A stretch of 64,000 bases of DNA from an uncultured Rhabdochlamydiaceae bacterium (GTDB lineage: Bacteria; Chlamydiota; Chlamydiia; Chlamydiales; Rhabdochlamydiaceae), in assembly GCA_963712275.1 (NCBI GenBank), contig CAVQHD010000001.1:768001-832000 (forward strand), in the 5' to 3' direction. Position numbers and translations under genes: made by a program. Position 1 is the first letter of the stretch. Every line of letters starts with the position of its first letter. Below the pieces are notes generated by a model that was not told the origin of the DNA, ran no database searches, and saw only the letters and a program-made list of their open reading frames with translations. Of the stretch, positions 60,380-64,000 are shown piece by piece.

Positions 60380-61204
60380 TTACGGCGCTTGCTCTTGGTA
60401 TAAGTTTTCTAGATATATCCAACGGGCAATCGAATCCAGCGTAATAGCGGCCATTGCTGGGTGGTTTGTTGGGTCAACCCCTTTTCCTACAACGTCAAAT
60501 TGAAAAGATATGGGCAGACATCTCTTTATGATCGCAAATTGATAGCCGCAAAAAGGTTGGTTAGAGACGAATAAAGCGGTGCATGGTTGCGGATTCGTTT
60601 TTAACCAGGCTATAATGGTATCGTCTGTATTGGGGCGCTTTAAAGATGAACCTTCGACTTTCATGGGTACGGCAACGAAGACTACAGGAAGGTTGCGCAT
60701 CCCGTCAGGGAGAGAAGTCTCCTCCCAGAGGATATGAGCTGCTTCAGATTCATTGTTGCATCGGTCTGTTAGGCTATCGACCCGCTTATCAAGAGGCCTG
60801 TCTCCCGTAAGCCAGACAATTTCGTTAAAACGTATCCCCTGAATCCAAAGTTCCTTAAGGTAATCAAGGCGCATTTGCATACGAGAGGTTGTGGCGCCCA
60901 GGATGAGGGCTGTATCATATTTTTCACAAGCAGGTTTCCAGGAAGCAAACAGGCCTTGTTTTTCTGCCCAATCCAATACAAAAAGTTTTTGCTCAGGAGG
61001 AAGCTCAGTAAGTTCCCAACGCTCTTGGCCAGGTTTACGCAACCACTGCTTTTGTGTTTCAGCTATGATGTCAGCATCTTTAGGAATGTTCAAAGCTAAA
61101 CTAAGATCAGAGAGTGCGGTAGGATCGATTTTATGATCTTGAATCGGCGAAGCAGAGCTTAAATTACAGAGACAAATGGCAAGTAATAAGAACCATCGTT
61201 TCAT
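60380..61204 (-). CDS. Hypothetical secreted protein (possibly DUF218-like fold)
   Basis: Signal peptide, ALILGA, WLTGDRPL, RPNTDDT, VSNQPF. Confidence 0.65.
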   Translation of the reverse strand: MKRWFLLLAICLCNLSSASPIQDHKIDPTALSDLSLALNIPKDADIIAETQKQWLRKPGQERWELTELPPEQKLFVLDWAEKQGLFASWKPACEKYDTALILGATTSRMQMRLDYLKELWIQGIRFNEIVWLTGDRPLDKRVDSLTDRCNNESEAAHILWEETSLPDGMRNLPVVFVAVPMKVEGSSLKRPNTDDTIIAWLKTNPQPCTALFVSNQPFCGYQFAIIKRCLPISFQFDVVGKGVDPTNHPAMAAITLDSIARWIYLENLYQEQAP

Positions 61205-61281
61205 GGGGATACTCCAAAAAAATAGACTATCAAAAAGATAAATTTTAGAGAAATCCCAGAAATTAAAATAAAAACTTGTTT

Positions 61282-62328
61282 TTATCGAGTTGGGTTTTTG
61301 GCATAGTTTAATTTCATGCAATTTTTAAAAATTATAATTGCTGATAATGAGAGAAAACTGTATTTCAAAAATGGATTTCTCACCATTGTGTAAAAAATTT
61401 GAGACATTCGATTTAAAGAAGGGAATGCAAATATCGGGTGGATTTTTTTCAATTTTTCTATATCTTCTAAAGATTTTTGACTAAACTTTGAAACAAAGTT
61501 TAGTCGTTCGCGTAAGGTGGTTCCTTCTATTAAATATTTGGATTCGGGAGGTTCTAATTTGACTAGTTCATCCACGTTTACTTCTAAAATCAGTTGTTGG
61601 ATTTGGTTGAGGGTCTTAGTATTTGACGGTTCTTTTTGAAGCTTTTCAATGCATTTTTTTATCTCACCAAGAGGCTTTAGAAGATTTTCAAGACTCTGTA
61701 GTTGAGGGTTCGGAGCTTCATCAGCAGAATAGTATATATAGGCAAATGGTTTTATGATTGCAAGGCTATACATCTCTATGAGCTCGCGGCATCGCTCGTT
61801 GCTTGGCCTAGTACAGTACTCTCTATATTTGGAAAGAATATCTTGAAGCAATTCTTGACGGTTTTGAGAGAGGAAAAAAGGAGATTTTGTGTCATATTGT
61901 GCTATGCTCTTTTTCACAAACTCAGAAAGTTCTGTATCTCCAGCTTTTATACGAGATTTTTCTACTTCAGCCAGAAAATTGCTATAGTCCTTCTCTCGTT
62001 CAGCAGGAACTTCACGTTTAAAAATAGCTGTAATCAGATCTGTAATCCCCTGCTCTACGCTTTTTTCTGGCATTGTATAGTGGACGTGGGGCTTTTCTAT
62101 GTTCCACCCGAATGGTAAATCCACCTGGCCATGAATAGTGCCATGTTCCAAATCATCACCTTGGATGACACGTCCTTTCAGTTCTCCTAAGACAAAATGT
62201 AATTCTTCACCTACGGTTTTACGACCGTAAAGAGTGATAAACGGACCTTGGATTTGAATGCTTTTAAGAAGAGGATTTGAACTCCAAAGACTCCAAAAGG
62301 AAGGCTGTGGCAATATGTACTCAAACAT
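61282..62328 (-). CDS. Hypothetical protein
   Basis: 348-aa ORF with C-terminal hydrophobic segment. Confidence 0.65.
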   Translation of the reverse strand: MFEYILPQPSFWSLWSSNPLLKSIQIQGPFITLYGRKTVGEELHFVLGELKGRVIQGDDLEHGTIHGQVDLPFGWNIEKPHVHYTMPEKSVEQGITDLITAIFKREVPAEREKDYSNFLAEVEKSRIKAGDTELSEFVKKSIAQYDTKSPFFLSQNRQELLQDILSKYREYCTRPSNERCRELIEMYSLAIIKPFAYIYYSADEAPNPQLQSLENLLKPLGEIKKCIEKLQKEPSNTKTLNQIQQLILEVNVDELVKLEPPESKYLIEGTTLRERLNFVSKFSQKSLEDIEKLKKIHPIFAFPSLNRMSQIFYTMVRNPFLKYSFLSLSAIIIFKNCMKLNYAKNPTR

Positions 62329-62444
62329 TTTAATTCCTAATTAAATTAAAAATATCGTACTACAATGGTGAATTTAAAGAAAGAAACAATGGTTGCATTG
62401 AGAATCAACGGCTTATAAAGTCAGCAGGGGGAATGTTGTTTGCG

Positions 62445-63332
62445 TTATCCATTTTCTACGTTATCGAGAACAATTAATCCTATTGTATCTTTGAGGTCAA
62501 GTACCGGAAGGGACTTAGAGGTTTTTAGGCGCTTTTTGACATTTTTGATATGTTCAGCAGGAGGGATGTTTTCTAGTGGAGTGCCGCCAATTTTGGCAAT
62601 AGCGGCCCGAACTTCTTTTCCGACGGCTTCATGGGTCTCCATAGCATCTCTCTGATTCTTGATATTGTCTCGCTTGAGTTTGTCGCGAGTTTGCGACATG
62701 CGGAACTGGTTGGCGATCAGTTCGGTTGTTCCCATGCGATCCATGAGCTGCTCTTTGGGATCGATGCCTTTCCGAGCTTTAATGGCATCAACTCCTAACC
62801 CTCCATAGAGTCCTTTATAGCCGGCGTCATGGAAGATGCCGAACATTTTATCCTGCACTCCGGCTTCGCGAGCCGCACCAGATAAAGCTTTGAATTCAAT
62901 AGAAGCCTGTTCGCGCGATTCTAAGCGCTCGCGATCTGCGATTAGATCATCTGAAAGTTCTTGGCGGCGGGTCTGAATAGCGAAATATTTTTGAGCCTCC
63001 GCAATTTCTGGTTTTCTAGAGTCTCCATTTTGAGCTATGAGATAGCAGGCAAAACGAGAGAGGTGATAGTCGTTTACCTCTCTTGTTGTCTGGCTCCCAA
63101 TGTCGACCATTTTACAAGCGCCTGTAAAATGGTTTTGAGGGTTGTTCCCAGATTGTTTGCACGATTCCATAGCTTTTTTAATGGCTGGTTCAAATCCATG
63201 CCATTTGGAATATCCTAAACAAGACTGAAGATCTCTAGCGCTCCAATATTCGATCCCATGTTTGTTGAGTTTTTTAAGGGACTCAAAGGATAAGTTAGAT
63301 GAGATGAGCACGGCATCCTTAGGTTCTTTCAT
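62445..63332 (-). CDS. dinD: DNA damage-inducible protein D (Bro-N-like)
   Basis: EYWSARDL, LSRFACYLIAQNGD, YFAIQTRRQE, GYKGLYGG. Confidence 0.9.
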   Translation of the reverse strand: MKEPKDAVLISSNLSFESLKKLNKHGIEYWSARDLQSCLGYSKWHGFEPAIKKAMESCKQSGNNPQNHFTGACKMVDIGSQTTREVNDYHLSRFACYLIAQNGDSRKPEIAEAQKYFAIQTRRQELSDDLIADRERLESREQASIEFKALSGAAREAGVQDKMFGIFHDAGYKGLYGGLGVDAIKARKGIDPKEQLMDRMGTTELIANQFRMSQTRDKLKRDNIKNQRDAMETHEAVGKEVRAAIAKIGGTPLENIPPAEHIKNVKKRLKTSKSLPVLDLKDTIGLIVLDNVENG

Positions 63333-63460
63333 ACTAGGCCTCGAGAGGATAAAGATTTTTGGGCAGCAAGTTTAGCGAATAAGTGATATAGCTATCAAGG
63401 ATATTTTGTGGGTGTCAACGCGAGCAGTTAATTGAAAACTTTTTTAAGCATTAGAAAGGA

Positions 63461-63574
63461 GCAACGGCTCCCTATAAGTATCCCCGAGATATTGTCTTTG
63501 TAGAGGCGCTTCCCAAAACAATCTCGGGAAAAATCTGCTGAGTAGAACTGCGCGAAAAGGCTTGGGGAAATTAA
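63461..63574 (+). pseudogene. C-terminal remnant of acyl-CoA synthetase (AMP-binding C domain) with internal stop
   Basis: [32 protein letters not shown]. Confidence 0.7.
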
Positions 63575-64000
63575 AGCTTTGAGATGAAACGGCTAGCGCC
63601 GACGCCTAGGGCAAAAACAGCTCCGTAACGCGCAATAGAAGAAAATGGTGGAACGGGATTTTGCTGAGGCTCCTCTTTTTCCTTAGCAAAATCTTCTGGC
63701 AGCGAGGCTGCGATTTGTAATCGTTTTATTTTTGCCGGGTCTTTGGTACTGATCCGTAGTCCTTGGCCTTCAAAGGTAAGGTTGATAAAGGGATCATCTG
63801 TGCTTGGGCCGAGAAACTCGCGTGAAAAAGATTGGTCAAAGGGAGTAAAAATGACTTTCCATGTTTTTGGAGAATAATCAAACTGCTGAGAGGTATTCCA
63901 TTCGAGATGCACAGGGGTCTTAGTTGGAGGTTCTAAGGCATCGCTTTCCCGGTATTCAGTGCAAGAGAGAGTAAACCTGAGTTCTCCACAAGCTCTTTTG
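63571..64000 (-). CDS. Hypothetical protein, 5' end probably outside the window
   Basis: ORF 63571-63912 in track; frame appears to continue upstream. Confidence 0.45.
   Translation of the reverse strand, partial: KRACGELRFTLSCTEYRESDALEPPTKTPVHLEWNTSQQFDYSPKTWKVIFTPFDQSFSREFLGPSTDDPFINLTFEGQGLRISTKDPAKIKRLQIAASLPEDFAKEKEEPQQNPVPPFSSIARYGAVFALGVGASRFISKL

Overview
Chromosomal segment of an environmental member of Chlamydiota. The assignment rests on gene order (mip-aspS-hisS-uhpC-dnaE, lpxC-fabZ-lpxA-fmt, an S10/spc/alpha ribosomal cluster lacking rpsJ, rpsN and rpmD, and gapA-grgA). Bases 1-41.2 kb are mostly core genes. They are interrupted by an F-box/LRR gene, an accessory block holding an intact, non-autonomous IscB/omegaRNA (OMEGA) element, and several miniature palindromic elements. 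Two of those elements sit in frame inside the 5' ends of genes (a lipoprotein signal peptide and the PCD gene). From tRNA-Leu(TAA) at 41245 onward the DNA is accessory. It holds a complete ~8.1 kb integrase/AlpA/DUF3987/HGGxSTG element, a second degraded tRNA-anchored island (transposase remnant and HigBA-like TA pair), and a mosaic of truncated genes, dinD copies and secreted hypotheticals. All product calls come from motif recognition by eye; no database search was run.
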